From the IMG/VR virus record IMGVR_UViG_3300032270_000715, positions 1 through 34,365 of that record: DNA of 34,365 nt. One strand, 5' to 3'. Position numbers and translations under genes: made by a program. Origin of the DNA: a virus (lineage: Duplodnaviria; Caudoviricetes). The notes under the pieces are model-generated. The model did no database searches, was not told the origin of the DNA, and worked only from the letters and a program-made list of their open reading frames with translations. Numbering within the stretch: position 1 is the first letter of the stretch; each line of letters opens with the position of its first letter. Positions 25,618-34,250 of this stretch are shown here, piece by piece.

Positions 25618-26252
25618 ACTTCCAGTACATCGACAAACTTCGCCTCACCACACCAAAGGCCACGCTCAAGTACCCGAAGCTGATCGAACCCGAGACCAAG
25701 TTCAGCGCCGAGGGTCACTACAAAGTGACAGCCGTGATCCCAGCTGAAGATGCAGCAGATCTAGCTGACCAGCTGGACGCCTTGTACGAGGCACACAAGG
25801 CCAGCCTCAAGGCCCAAGCCCCGAGCCAAAAGTTCAAGGCTGTTGATCCCAGCTTTGGGTTCGAGGACATCGACGGCAAGCCTTGCTTCACCATCAGCGT
25901 GAAGATGAAAGCCAAAGGCGTGGACCGTGACGGTCGTTCCTGGTCCGCAGTGCCCGCATTGTTTGACGCAAGCGGTGCACCGGTGAAGGATCGTGAAGCA
26001 CTGCGTGGCATGTGGTCTGGTACCACTGGCCGTGTGTCGTTCGAGGCCTGCCCGTTCTACCAGCCTGCCCTTGGTGCCGGCATTACGCTGCGCCTCAAGG
26101 CTGTGCAAATCCTCAACCTGGTGGAGTCTGGTGGATCAGCCAACAGCTTCGGGTTTCAAGAAGAGACCGGCGGCTGGGCGGCCGGCGAGACGCAGGCGAG
26201 CGTCCCCTTCGACGCAACGGGAGCGGCAACAGACGAGGGGTTTGACTTCTAG
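25614..26252 (+). CDS. Single-stranded DNA-binding protein (gp2.5-like)
   Basis: TTPKATLKYPKL..PETKF, GITLRLKAVQILNLVE, acidic tail ending DEGFDF. Confidence 0.9.
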   Translation: MNFQYIDKLRLTTPKATLKYPKLIEPETKFSAEGHYKVTAVIPAEDAADLADQLDALYEAHKASLKAQAPSQKFKAVDPSFGFEDIDGKPCFTISVKMKAKGVDRDGRSWSAVPALFDASGAPVKDREALRGMWSGTTGRVSFEACPFYQPALGAGITLRLKAVQILNLVESGGSANSFGFQEETGGWAAGETQASVPFDATGAATDEGFDF

Positions 26253-26625
26253 TCGGTACCGCTCGAAGTTCGAGGCATCAGTAGCAGCCAGCCTTAAGGC
26301 CCGTGGCTTGCCCTTCGGGTACGAGGTGCAGGCCCTGGCGTACACCATATCCGCGGTCTATACGCCGGACTTTGTGTTACCGAACGGGGTCATCGTAGAG
26401 ACCAAGGGGCTGTTCGACTCAGACGACAGGCGCAAGATGGTGGCCGTCAAGGCACAGCATCCAGCCCTGGACATCCGCCTTTGTTTCATGAAGGCAGACG
26501 TCAAGCTGAGCCGGGCACCCCGGTCCCTCACGTACTGGCAGTGGGCCGAGAGGCACGGGTTCCTCTGGTGCGAAAAAAACATTCCGACGACATGGGCGGA
26601 TGCCATCCAAGTTTCTAAAGCATGA
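26242..26625 (+). CDS. Endonuclease I / Holliday junction resolvase (gp3-like)
   Basis: YRSKFE, YTPDFVLPNGVIVETKG, HPALDIRLCF, TYWQWAERHGF; TTG start following GAGGGG. Confidence 0.93.
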   Translation: MTSSRYRSKFEASVAASLKARGLPFGYEVQALAYTISAVYTPDFVLPNGVIVETKGLFDSDDRRKMVAVKAQHPALDIRLCFMKADVKLSRAPRSLTYWQWAERHGFLWCEKNIPTTWADAIQVSKA

Positions 26626-28210
26626 GGCTTGCCCCGAGTGCAAATCCAAAAATAACCTGGCCCGCTACGACGACGGTCACGCGACCTGCTTCGGATGCGG
26701 GTACCAGGAGCAACCAAAGAAAGACAAACCCGAACCCCGCATGGAGCCACTGCCACCACCAGTCACCCCGACCCTTGAGTTCATCGAGGCCAGGGCCCTG
26801 CCCAAGCGGGCCATAACGGAGGAGACCTGCGCCCTGTTTGGCTACGGGTTCTCCACGCACAACGGTCGCCCCGTCCAGGTGGCGCCGTACCGCAACCAAT
26901 CCGGCAAGGTGGTGGCTCAGCACCTACGTGGTGCAGACAAGCGCTTCAGCTGGCTTGGTGACACCTCTGGGCTGCAGCTCTGGGGTCAGCACCTCTGGCG
27001 TCAAAACTTTGGCAAGGAGACCAACCTCTTTGTCACCGTGACAGAGGGGGAGATCGACGCCATGTCGGTCAGCCAGGTCCAAGGCAACAAGTACCCCGTG
27101 GTGTCGCTGCCTAACGGGGCACAGTCGGCCAAGAAATACCTGGCTGCTAACGCCACTTGGCTGGGTCAGTTTGCACGCATCGTGCTTTGCTTCGACTCCG
27201 ATGAGCCGGGCGTCAAAGCAGCCGAGGAATGCGTGGCTGTCTTGCCTTTGGGCAAGGTGGCCGTGTGCCAGCTGCCCCGTAAGGACGCCAATGAGATGCT
27301 GGTGGCAGGCGAAGGAGAGATCCTTCGTGAACTGCTCTGGAAGGCAACGCCAACCAGGCCCGATGGGATCGTCAATGCGAACGATCTCTGGGACGAGCTG
27401 ATCAAGCCTGGCTCTGAGTCGGCCTGTCCCTACCCCTGGCCACAGCTCGATGCCATGACCCGTGGCTTCAGGCGTGGCGAGATGGTGACCCTGTGCGCAG
27501 GCTCAGGCGTGGGTAAGTCAAGCGTTTGCCGGGAGTGGGCCCACCATTTCCTGCGGGCTGGCCTCCGCGTCGGGTACATCGCCCTCGAGGAGAGCACCAA
27601 GCGCACCATGCAGGGGATTGTCGGCATTGAACTGAGCAAGCCCATCCACCTCGACCCCAATGCGGCCGACGAGCATCAGATCCGAGATGGCTTTGACCGT
27701 GTGTTTGGCACTGGTCGGTGCTTTCTCTATGACCACTTTGGATCGATGGATCCAGACCACCTCATCTCCAAGATCAGGTACCTGGCCGACGCTGAAGGTG
27801 TCGACGTCGTCGTTCTCGACCACCTCACGATCGTCATCTCAGGACTGACAGACCTGGATGAACGGCGTGCCATCGACGTGACATGCACCAAGCTGCGCCA
27901 GGTGGTGGAGCAGACCGGCATCGGCCTGGTGCTCGTGTCCCACCTCAAGCGACCGGAAGGCCGCGGCCACGAGGAGGGGGCACAGACCAGCCTTGGCCAC
28001 CTACGTGGTAGCCACGCCATAGCCCAGCTCTCGGACATGGTCGTCGGGTGCGAGCGGAACCAGCAGGGCGACGCTGCTGAACGCAATGAGCTGCAGCTGC
28101 GGGTCCTGAAGAACCGGTTCTCCGGAACGACAGGGCCCTGCGACAAGTTGCTCTATGACCAGGACACCGGCCGCCTTGTGGTGCCCATGTCCCAATACTT
28201 CGGAACCTAA
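26600..28210 (+). CDS. DNA primase-helicase (gp4-like)
   Basis: Zn finger CPEC...CFGC, TOPRIM TEGEIDAM and FDSDEPG, Walker A AGSGVGKS, LDHL, LRGS..IAQLSD, KNRFSG. Confidence 0.97.
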   Translation: MPSKFLKHEACPECKSKNNLARYDDGHATCFGCGYQEQPKKDKPEPRMEPLPPPVTPTLEFIEARALPKRAITEETCALFGYGFSTHNGRPVQVAPYRNQSGKVVAQHLRGADKRFSWLGDTSGLQLWGQHLWRQNFGKETNLFVTVTEGEIDAMSVSQVQGNKYPVVSLPNGAQSAKKYLAANATWLGQFARIVLCFDSDEPGVKAAEECVAVLPLGKVAVCQLPRKDANEMLVAGEGEILRELLWKATPTRPDGIVNANDLWDELIKPGSESACPYPWPQLDAMTRGFRRGEMVTLCAGSGVGKSSVCREWAHHFLRAGLRVGYIALEESTKRTMQGIVGIELSKPIHLDPNAADEHQIRDGFDRVFGTGRCFLYDHFGSMDPDHLISKIRYLADAEGVDVVVLDHLTIVISGLTDLDERRAIDVTCTKLRQVVEQTGIGLVLVSHLKRPEGRGHEEGAQTSLGHLRGSHAIAQLSDMVVGCERNQQGDAAERNELQLRVLKNRFSGTTGPCDKLLYDQDTGRLVVPMSQYFGT

Positions 28211-28222
28211 AACACAAACCAA

Positions 28223-28471
28223 ATGCACTGCCCCAACTGCGATACATCTGCTGAACGCAGCACCTGCCGCATCATCCAGACCCGAAGCGACACCGTTGAA
28301 TCCAAGCTTCGCCAACGCGAATGCAAGGTCTGCAACCACAAGTGGTGGACCTGTGAAACGGACCTGCCACCAGGCGCTGTCAAGTGGAAGCTCAACGACG
28401 ACGACGTCGATCCCAATTCATTCACTGTGCCCAGGCGCGTGCCTGGTTTCCTGCGCGTCACCTACTCATGA
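28223..28471 (+). CDS. NrdR-like N-terminal zinc-ribbon protein
   Basis: MHCPNC...QTR...RQRECKVCNHKWWTCE resembles the NrdR Zn ribbon; no ATP-cone is present. Confidence 0.7.
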   Translation: MHCPNCDTSAERSTCRIIQTRSDTVESKLRQRECKVCNHKWWTCETDLPPGAVKWKLNDDDVDPNSFTVPRRVPGFLRVTYS

Positions 28472-29226
28472 CCCTATTGATCGACGCCGACTGGCTGCTG
28501 TATGCAGCGTGCTCTGCCTGTGAGTACGACATCCGATGGGATGAATGGATCCACACCCTGCACCTCGAGCAGTCGGATGCCAAGAGTTACATGACCCACC
28601 AGGTGGGCAGGTGGCAAGAGGCGACCGGCCACAAGGACGTGGTCATGTGCCTGTCGTCGTACCCAACGTTCCGGCACCAGCTGTCCCCTGCGTACAAGGC
28701 CAACCGGATGGGCAAGCGCAAGCCCTTGGGATTGAGGGACATGCGGGCCTGGCTCGAGTCCGAGTACGACGTCAGGTGCCACCAGAACCTGGAGGCCGAC
28801 GACGTCATGGGGATCCTGATGACCAACGGTTCGTACCGGGACCCGATCATGGTGACCGCCGACAAGGACATGCGCACCATCCCGGGCAAGTTGCTGCGCA
28901 TGGACAAGATGGAGATCAACGACGTCGGCGATGCCAATCGGAACTGGATGACCCAGGCCCTGGTCGGTGACACCAGTGACAATTACCCCGGGCTGAAAGG
29001 GTACGGGCCAGTGAAGGCCGAGAAGCTTTTGGCTGAGCACCACACCCTGCCGGCCATGTGGAACGCCGTTGTTGGCGCTTACCGCAAAGGTGGCGAGACC
29101 TTTGGTGCTGCGTTGCTCAATGCCCGAATGGCCCGGATCCTGCGATACGGGGACTATGACTTCACTGCCGCTACGGTGGAACTGTGGGACCCGGATCGTG
29201 ACCCCGCAATGAAGATCGATGGATGA
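28468..29226 (+). CDS. 5'-3' exonuclease (gp6-like)
   Basis: LLIDAD, FRHQLSPAYKANR, LEADDVMGI, DKDMRTIPG, GDTSDNYPGLKGYG. Confidence 0.95.
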   Translation: MTLLIDADWLLYAACSACEYDIRWDEWIHTLHLEQSDAKSYMTHQVGRWQEATGHKDVVMCLSSYPTFRHQLSPAYKANRMGKRKPLGLRDMRAWLESEYDVRCHQNLEADDVMGILMTNGSYRDPIMVTADKDMRTIPGKLLRMDKMEINDVGDANRNWMTQALVGDTSDNYPGLKGYGPVKAEKLLAEHHTLPAMWNAVVGAYRKGGETFGAALLNARMARILRYGDYDFTAATVELWDPDRDPAMKIDG

Positions 29227-29395
29227 TCTATTTCCCCCGATTGACGAGCCCCTGCTGAAAAAGCTGGACGAGGTTTATCCCGAAGCCAGCCCGGATCCCA
29301 GCTATTCCGATCGACAGATCTGGATGGCAGTAGGTGCCAGGCAGGTGGTGCGCATGCTGCGGGCCGTTTATCTTGAACAACAAAACGAGGATTGA
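29219..29395 (+). CDS. Small conserved podovirus protein (58 aa)
   Basis: MDDLFPPIDEPLLKKLDEVYPE...RQIWMAVGARQVVRML; fills the gap between the exonuclease and the structural genes. Confidence 0.65.
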   Translation: MDDLFPPIDEPLLKKLDEVYPEASPDPSYSDRQIWMAVGARQVVRMLRAVYLEQQNED

Positions 29396-29398
29396 ACC

Positions 29399-29713
29399 AT
29401 GTGTGGAGGAGGCAAAGCGCCTGACAACAGCGCTCAAATCGCAGCCCAGGAACAAAGCCTTGCGCTCCAGCGTGAGCAGATGGCAATGCAGCAAGAACAG
29501 ATGGCTGCTCAGCGGGCCCAGTACCAAGAGCAGCTAGCCATCAGCAAGGCACCACCTCCGCCCGCTCCCAACCCTGGAGCCATGGCTGCAGCATCAGCGG
29601 TTGAAACCATGGACCAAGCCACTGCGCAGTCCATGCGTGCCGGCACTGGTCGCCGCAAGCTGCGGACTGACTTGCCCCAGATGTCAACGCTTGCAATCCC
29701 AGGTGTTAGTTGA
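29399..29713 (+). CDS. Small virion/assembly protein (gp6.7/7.3 position)
   Basis: MCGGG start, Q-rich helix, GRRKLR motif; directly before the portal gene. Confidence 0.7.
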   Translation: MCGGGKAPDNSAQIAAQEQSLALQREQMAMQQEQMAAQRAQYQEQLAISKAPPPPAPNPGAMAAASAVETMDQATAQSMRAGTGRRKLRTDLPQMSTLAIPGVS

Positions 29714-31476
29714 TGGAACTGAACCTGACCAGCAACGTTGACCGCCAGTCCAAGCCGTACGGGGAAGACGGTGGCACAGCTGCGGCCAGGTACGGCCAGC
29801 TGCAAACCAACCGAGACCCGTACCTGCAACGGGCCCGGGACTGCAGCAAAGTCACGATCCCCGGCCTGATTCCAGATGCAGGGCAAGGGGACCGTGGTCG
29901 ACTCAAAACCCCGTACCAATCCCTTGGCGCCCGGGGTGTGAACTACCTGGCCAGCAAACTGCTGATCACGTTGTTCCCCCCAAACTCCAGCTTCTTCAAG
30001 CTTGAGATCGATGACCTAGCACTGCGTGTTGCAGAGCAAGGGCCGGAGATCAAGACAGAACTTGACACCGCCTTGGTGCAGGTGGAGCGGGCCGGCATGT
30101 CTGCGTTCGAGGTGGCCAACGGCCGGGCCTCAATGCACGAAGCGTTTAAGCACCTGCTGGTAGGCGGCAACGTCCTGCTGTATGTCGCAGAGGACGGCAT
30201 CAAGGTGATCCACCTGAATCGCTTTGTCGTGTGTCGTGACCCGATGGGTTCCGTCACCGAAATTGTGGTGGAGGAGGAGGTTTACCCCGACGCCCTGCCC
30301 GTTGGGTTGTACGACGACATCGACGAGGAGGACGGCGGATACGAATCAGGCCGTAGCTCCAAGACCATCAAGCTGTACACCCACGTCGAGTACGAGGACG
30401 GCAAGGTCCACTGGTACCAGGAAGCAAAAGGCAAAGAGATCCCTGGGTCGCATGGCATGTGCGACATGGACGTGAACCCCTGGATTCCACTGCGCTTCAA
30501 CCGGGTGGACAGCGAGGAGTATGGCCGTTCGTACATCGAGGAGTATTACGGGGACTTGCTGGCCCTCGAGAGCCTGTACCAGGCCATCATCGAAGGGGCT
30601 GCGGCCGCGGCCAAGGTTTTGTTCTTGGTCAACCCCAACGGCACCACCAGGCCACGCACCCTGGCCAACGCTGAGAACGGAGCCATCGTCCAAGGCAATG
30701 CTGCCGACGTCACGGTCATCCAGACCCAGAAGGCGCAAGACTTGAACATCGCCAACAGCACTATCGAGCGGATCGAAGCCCGACTGCAGTTTGCGTTCCT
30801 CCTTAACACCGCCATCCAACGGCGTGGGGAGCGGGTCACCGCTGAAGAGATCCGTTACATGAGCCAGGAGTTGGAGGCTGGCATCGGTGGTCTGTACTCA
30901 ATCCTTACCCAGGAACTGCAGCTGCCACTGGTGCGTCGGTTGCTGCATGTACTGCGGAAACAACGCAAGCTGTCGGCATTCCCTAAGGGCCAAGGTGGCG
31001 TGCCGTTGGTAAACCCCAGGCCAGTGACTGGACTTGAGGCCATCGGTCGTGGCGATGACCGGAACAAGTTGATCCAGTTCATCACCACTGCCACCCAAAC
31101 TCTGGGCCCCGAGGTAATTGCCAAGTTCGTGAACATCGATGAAGCACTGCGTCGTCTGGCTGCAAGTGAATCGATCGACACAACGAACCTGGTCAAGTCT
31201 CAAGACCAGCTACAACAGGAAGCAGCTGCTGCTCAAGCCGAGCAACAGCAAGCAGCCCAACGTGAAATGCTGATGACTGGCCTCAAGTCACCAGCAATGG
31301 CACAAGTGGCCAACAACTACACCCAAGAAGGAGCACCTTATGGCCCGCAATTCCCAGACGGCACAGACCCAGGACAGCCCGGAGCAATGCCCAACGCCAT
31401 CCCAACCCCGCCAAGCGCGCCCGGTATCGCTAGTGGGCCCACCGGCGGAAGTGCAGCAATGGGGCCCAACGCCTGA
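29713..31476 (+). CDS. Portal (head-tail connector, gp8-like)
   Basis: PYQSLGARGVNYLASKLLITLFPPN, YGRSYIEEY.GDL, ERVTAEEIR, VTGLEAIGRG. Confidence 0.97.
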   Translation: MELNLTSNVDRQSKPYGEDGGTAAARYGQLQTNRDPYLQRARDCSKVTIPGLIPDAGQGDRGRLKTPYQSLGARGVNYLASKLLITLFPPNSSFFKLEIDDLALRVAEQGPEIKTELDTALVQVERAGMSAFEVANGRASMHEAFKHLLVGGNVLLYVAEDGIKVIHLNRFVVCRDPMGSVTEIVVEEEVYPDALPVGLYDDIDEEDGGYESGRSSKTIKLYTHVEYEDGKVHWYQEAKGKEIPGSHGMCDMDVNPWIPLRFNRVDSEEYGRSYIEEYYGDLLALESLYQAIIEGAAAAAKVLFLVNPNGTTRPRTLANAENGAIVQGNAADVTVIQTQKAQDLNIANSTIERIEARLQFAFLLNTAIQRRGERVTAEEIRYMSQELEAGIGGLYSILTQELQLPLVRRLLHVLRKQRKLSAFPKGQGGVPLVNPRPVTGLEAIGRGDDRNKLIQFITTATQTLGPEVIAKFVNIDEALRRLAASESIDTTNLVKSQDQLQQEAAAAQAEQQQAAQREMLMTGLKSPAMAQVANNYTQEGAPYGPQFPDGTDPGQPGAMPNAIPTPPSAPGIASGPTGGSAAMGPNA

Positions 31477-31573
31477 CATGGTCATTGGCCACGTAGAACC
31501 AAGCCGCGCAATGGAGCCGGACCCCACGCCTGTCGTCACATTTGGCGACGACAAATCCATCACCATCAATTGA
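31340..31573 (+). CDS. Possible small protein overlapping the portal 3' end
   Basis: The ORF covers the ~100-nt gap before the scaffold gene and ends 9 nt before its ATG; the start is uncertain. Confidence 0.35.
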   Translation: MARNSQTAQTQDSPEQCPTPSQPRQARPVSLVGPPAEVQQWGPTPDMVIGHVEPSRAMEPDPTPVVTFGDDKSITIN

Positions 31574-31582
31574 CACCACCCC

Positions 31583-32416
31583 ATGCCTGAAGCAGTAACG
31601 ATCACTCAAGACGAAAGCTCAGCACTGTCGGCTGAGAACCAGGAGATGCTTGCCGCCATGGCAGGCGAGGACGAGAAAGAAGGCGAGTTGTTGGCCGGCA
31701 AGTACAAGTCCGTCCAGGACTTGGAGAAGGCTTACAAGGAGTTGCAGGCCAAGCTCAGCCGTGGCGAATCAGTCACTCCAGAACCCGAGGACGACGGCGA
31801 CGCTGACGACAGTGAAGCTGACCCCGAGGACAAGGAGGATGAATCCGCCGGCAATGCCCGTGAAATCTACGGGGACTTGATTGGCGGCAAGCTCGAAGAA
31901 GCGCAGATCAACTTCCAGGACATGAATGTCCGCTGGCAACAGACGGGCACCTTGGAACCCGGGGACTATGAGCAGCTGGCTGAGGCTGGCTTCAACCGGG
32001 ACATGGTCGATGCGTACTTGTCTGGGCTGCAGTACAAGCAGACCCAGGACACAGCACTGTCGGTCAAGGAGGTGGCTTCCATCAAGCAGTCGCTGGGTGG
32101 CGAGGCCGAGTACAACAAGATGATCGAGTGGGCAGCAGCCAACCTGTCAGCCGACGAGGTCGAGGGCTTCAACCAGATCATCAACACCCAGCCCATGGCT
32201 TCGGTGAAGATGGCCATCACTGGTCTCCATGCCCGGTACTCAGCCGTCGAAGGCCGCGAGCCCAAGCTCATTGGTGGTCGTGCCCCTAAAGGCAGCACGG
32301 ACAAGTTCGAGTCCACTGCCCAGCTGGTGGCCGCCATGTCCGATCCCAAGTACAGCACCGACCCTGCTTACCAGCGCAAGGTGCAAGAGAAGCTCAGCCG
32401 CTCAAGCATCTTCTAA
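31583..32416 (+). CDS. Capsid assembly scaffold protein (gp9-like)
   Basis: LLAGKYKSVQDLEKAYKELQ, GGEAEYNKMIEWA, AMSDPKY..DPAY. Confidence 0.93.
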   Translation: MPEAVTITQDESSALSAENQEMLAAMAGEDEKEGELLAGKYKSVQDLEKAYKELQAKLSRGESVTPEPEDDGDADDSEADPEDKEDESAGNAREIYGDLIGGKLEEAQINFQDMNVRWQQTGTLEPGDYEQLAEAGFNRDMVDAYLSGLQYKQTQDTALSVKEVASIKQSLGGEAEYNKMIEWAAANLSADEVEGFNQIINTQPMASVKMAITGLHARYSAVEGREPKLIGGRAPKGSTDKFESTAQLVAAMSDPKYSTDPAYQRKVQEKLSRSSIF

Positions 32417-32432
32417 ATCCGTGCAAACGCTC

Positions 32433-32462
32433 AGGGCCTCCCGCTAGCCGGGGGGCTTTTTT
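32433..32462 (+). terminator. Rho-independent terminator after the scaffold gene
   Basis: GCCTCCCG-loop-CGGGGGGC followed by T6. Confidence 0.75.
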
Positions 32463-32480
32463 ATGGGTTGTGTCCGTTAG

Positions 32481-32599
32481 TACACTGTGACTACCTAGAC
32501 CCACTCACAGAAGCGACGGCCCACTGCGGTGGACACCCGCTCGTGAACGGGAGCCCGGCGTCGGGTTAACCCCCAACCCCTTTACCTAGGAGCCCAGCA
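32481..32599 (+). promoter_or_regulatory. Candidate promoter and structured leader of the capsid gene
   Basis: TACACT at 32481, CCCACTCAC at 32500, hairpins CCAC-TGCG-GTGG, CCCG..CGGG (two), and SD AGGAG before ATG 32600. Confidence 0.5.
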
Positions 32600-33583
32600 A
32601 TGGCAGCCCCCGATTTTACCGCTTCACGCTTAGGCCTTGTTAACGCTGCAGGTGGTGGCACCTGGGCCGGTGACAACGCCCTGTTCCTTCAGGTCTGGGC
32701 CGGTGAGGTTCTCACCGCGTTCCGTAAGGCCACCATCTTCGAACCCCTTCACACTGTCCGGACCATCAGCTCCGGCAAGAGCGCTTCGTTCCCCATCGTG
32801 GGTCTGAACTCCGCTGCGTACCACACACCCGGCACCATGCTGACGGGTACCGCAGTGAAGAACGCTGAGGCCGTCGTCAAGATCGACGACAAGCTCGTCT
32901 CCAACGTGTTCATCGCCGACATCGACGAGGCCAAGAACCACTGGGATGTTCGGAGCCCCTACTCCGCTGAGATGGGCAACGCCCTGGCTTACCGCTTTGA
33001 CCAAAACATCGCGGCGACTATTGCCAAGGCAGCTCGTACCGCCACCCACTTCAACACCGACCTGCCCGGCGGCACCCGCATCAAGATCATCGCCACCAGC
33101 AAGGCTGCCATCACTGGCTCCCAACTGGCTGCTGCTCTGTTCTCCGCTGCTCAGCGGATGGACGAGAACAACCTGCCCGAGAACGATCGCTACTGCGTGC
33201 TGGCCCCGGCCGAGTACTACAAACTCGTCCAGACCACCGACGTGATCAACCGGGATTGGGGCGGTGCTGGTGCTTACGCCGACGGCACCGTGCTGAAGGT
33301 TGCTGGCATCACCATCCTGAAGTCGAACCAACTGCCTACCACCAACCGCTCTGCGGCCTCCGGTGAGCAGAACGACTACGCCGCCAACTTCACAGACTCC
33401 GTCGCCCTTGCTTTCAACAAGCAAGCCGTCGGCACCGTGAAGCTGATGGATCTCAAGATGGAGCAGACCGGCGCTGACGTTCACGCTCTGTGGCAAGGCA
33501 CCTTCATGGTTGCCTCCATGGCACTGGGCACCGCCGTCCTTCGCCCCGATTGCGCAATCGAGATCTATACCGCTACCAGCTGA
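32600..33583 (+). CDS. Major capsid protein (gp10-like)
   Basis: ALFLQVWAGEVLTAF, RTISSGKSASFP, HTPG, VKIDDKL, DVRSPYSAEMGNALA, AVGTVKLMDL, LRPDCAIE. Confidence 0.97.
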   Translation: MAAPDFTASRLGLVNAAGGGTWAGDNALFLQVWAGEVLTAFRKATIFEPLHTVRTISSGKSASFPIVGLNSAAYHTPGTMLTGTAVKNAEAVVKIDDKLVSNVFIADIDEAKNHWDVRSPYSAEMGNALAYRFDQNIAATIAKAARTATHFNTDLPGGTRIKIIATSKAAITGSQLAAALFSAAQRMDENNLPENDRYCVLAPAEYYKLVQTTDVINRDWGGAGAYADGTVLKVAGITILKSNQLPTTNRSAASGEQNDYAANFTDSVALAFNKQAVGTVKLMDLKMEQTGADVHALWQGTFMVASMALGTAVLRPDCAIEIYTATS

Positions 33584-33596
33584 TCGCGGCCAATAT

Positions 33597-33623
33597 GGGG
33601 GGAGCTTCGGTTCCCCCCTTTTT
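33597..33623 (+). terminator. Terminator after the capsid gene (T-phi position)
   Basis: GGGGGGAGC-TTCG-GTTCCCCCC-TTTTT. Confidence 0.9.
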
Positions 33624-33638
33624 CTTTGGGCTCTTGCC

Positions 33639-34247
33639 ATGACGCTTGCACGCACCACGTTTCTGGAAGCTGTGAACCGGGTGCTGCAGATGCTCGGTGA
33701 GGCGCCAGTCAATAGCCTTGACGGCCAGTTCGGCCTGGCCCAGCAGGCGCAAGACACGATCAACGACGTGTCCCGCAAGGTCCAGACAGAGGGCTGGTCG
33801 TTCAATACTGACTACGAGCGCCTGCTGATGCGGGACGCAGTGACCAACGAGATCAGCGTGGGCGTCAACGTCAGCCGGGTCAAAGTTGAGCCGTACTCGT
33901 ACCCAGACCTGGACGTCGTGCAGCGTGGGTCCAGGCTTTATGACCGCCGGGCTGGCAGCTATGAGTTTGACGAGGACTTGTACGCCGACGTCACCTACAT
34001 CCTGGAATGGGACGAGGTGCCTGAGTACGCCCACCAGTACTTCATGATCAAGGCTGGCCGTCAGTTGCAAGAAGCGATCCTGGGTTCAGCGGACTTGTCA
34101 AGGATCAACATTGCTGCTGAGGCTGAGGCCCGCAGCCAGTTCCTGGAGGAGGAGACGACCCGTGGCGAGCACAGCTGGCTACGTGGCAATCCAAACCACA
34201 TGGATGTTTTCATGACGTACAAGCCAGCCTGGGCCTTGCGCCGTTAA
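33639..34247 (+). CDS. Tail tubular protein A (gp11-like)
   Basis: LEAVNRVLQMLGEAPVNSL, VQTEGWSFNT, VQRGSRLYDR. Confidence 0.93.
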   Translation: MTLARTTFLEAVNRVLQMLGEAPVNSLDGQFGLAQQAQDTINDVSRKVQTEGWSFNTDYERLLMRDAVTNEISVGVNVSRVKVEPYSYPDLDVVQRGSRLYDRRAGSYEFDEDLYADVTYILEWDEVPEYAHQYFMIKAGRQLQEAILGSADLSRINIAAEAEARSQFLEEETTRGEHSWLRGNPNHMDVFMTYKPAWALRR

Positions 34248-34250
34248 GCC

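Noticed and set aside
25993-26241. Long N-terminal extension of endonuclease I (and similar extensions at 28384, 14719-15462 and 33510)
   Set aside because: These overlap upstream genes; downstream starts fit the expected family length and translational coupling better.
33510-33638. Capsid frameshift extension (gp10B-like) or fusion to tail tubular protein A
   Set aside because: The +1 frame is open into gp11, but I see no slippery site; the -1 frame stops soon after and a terminator intervenes.
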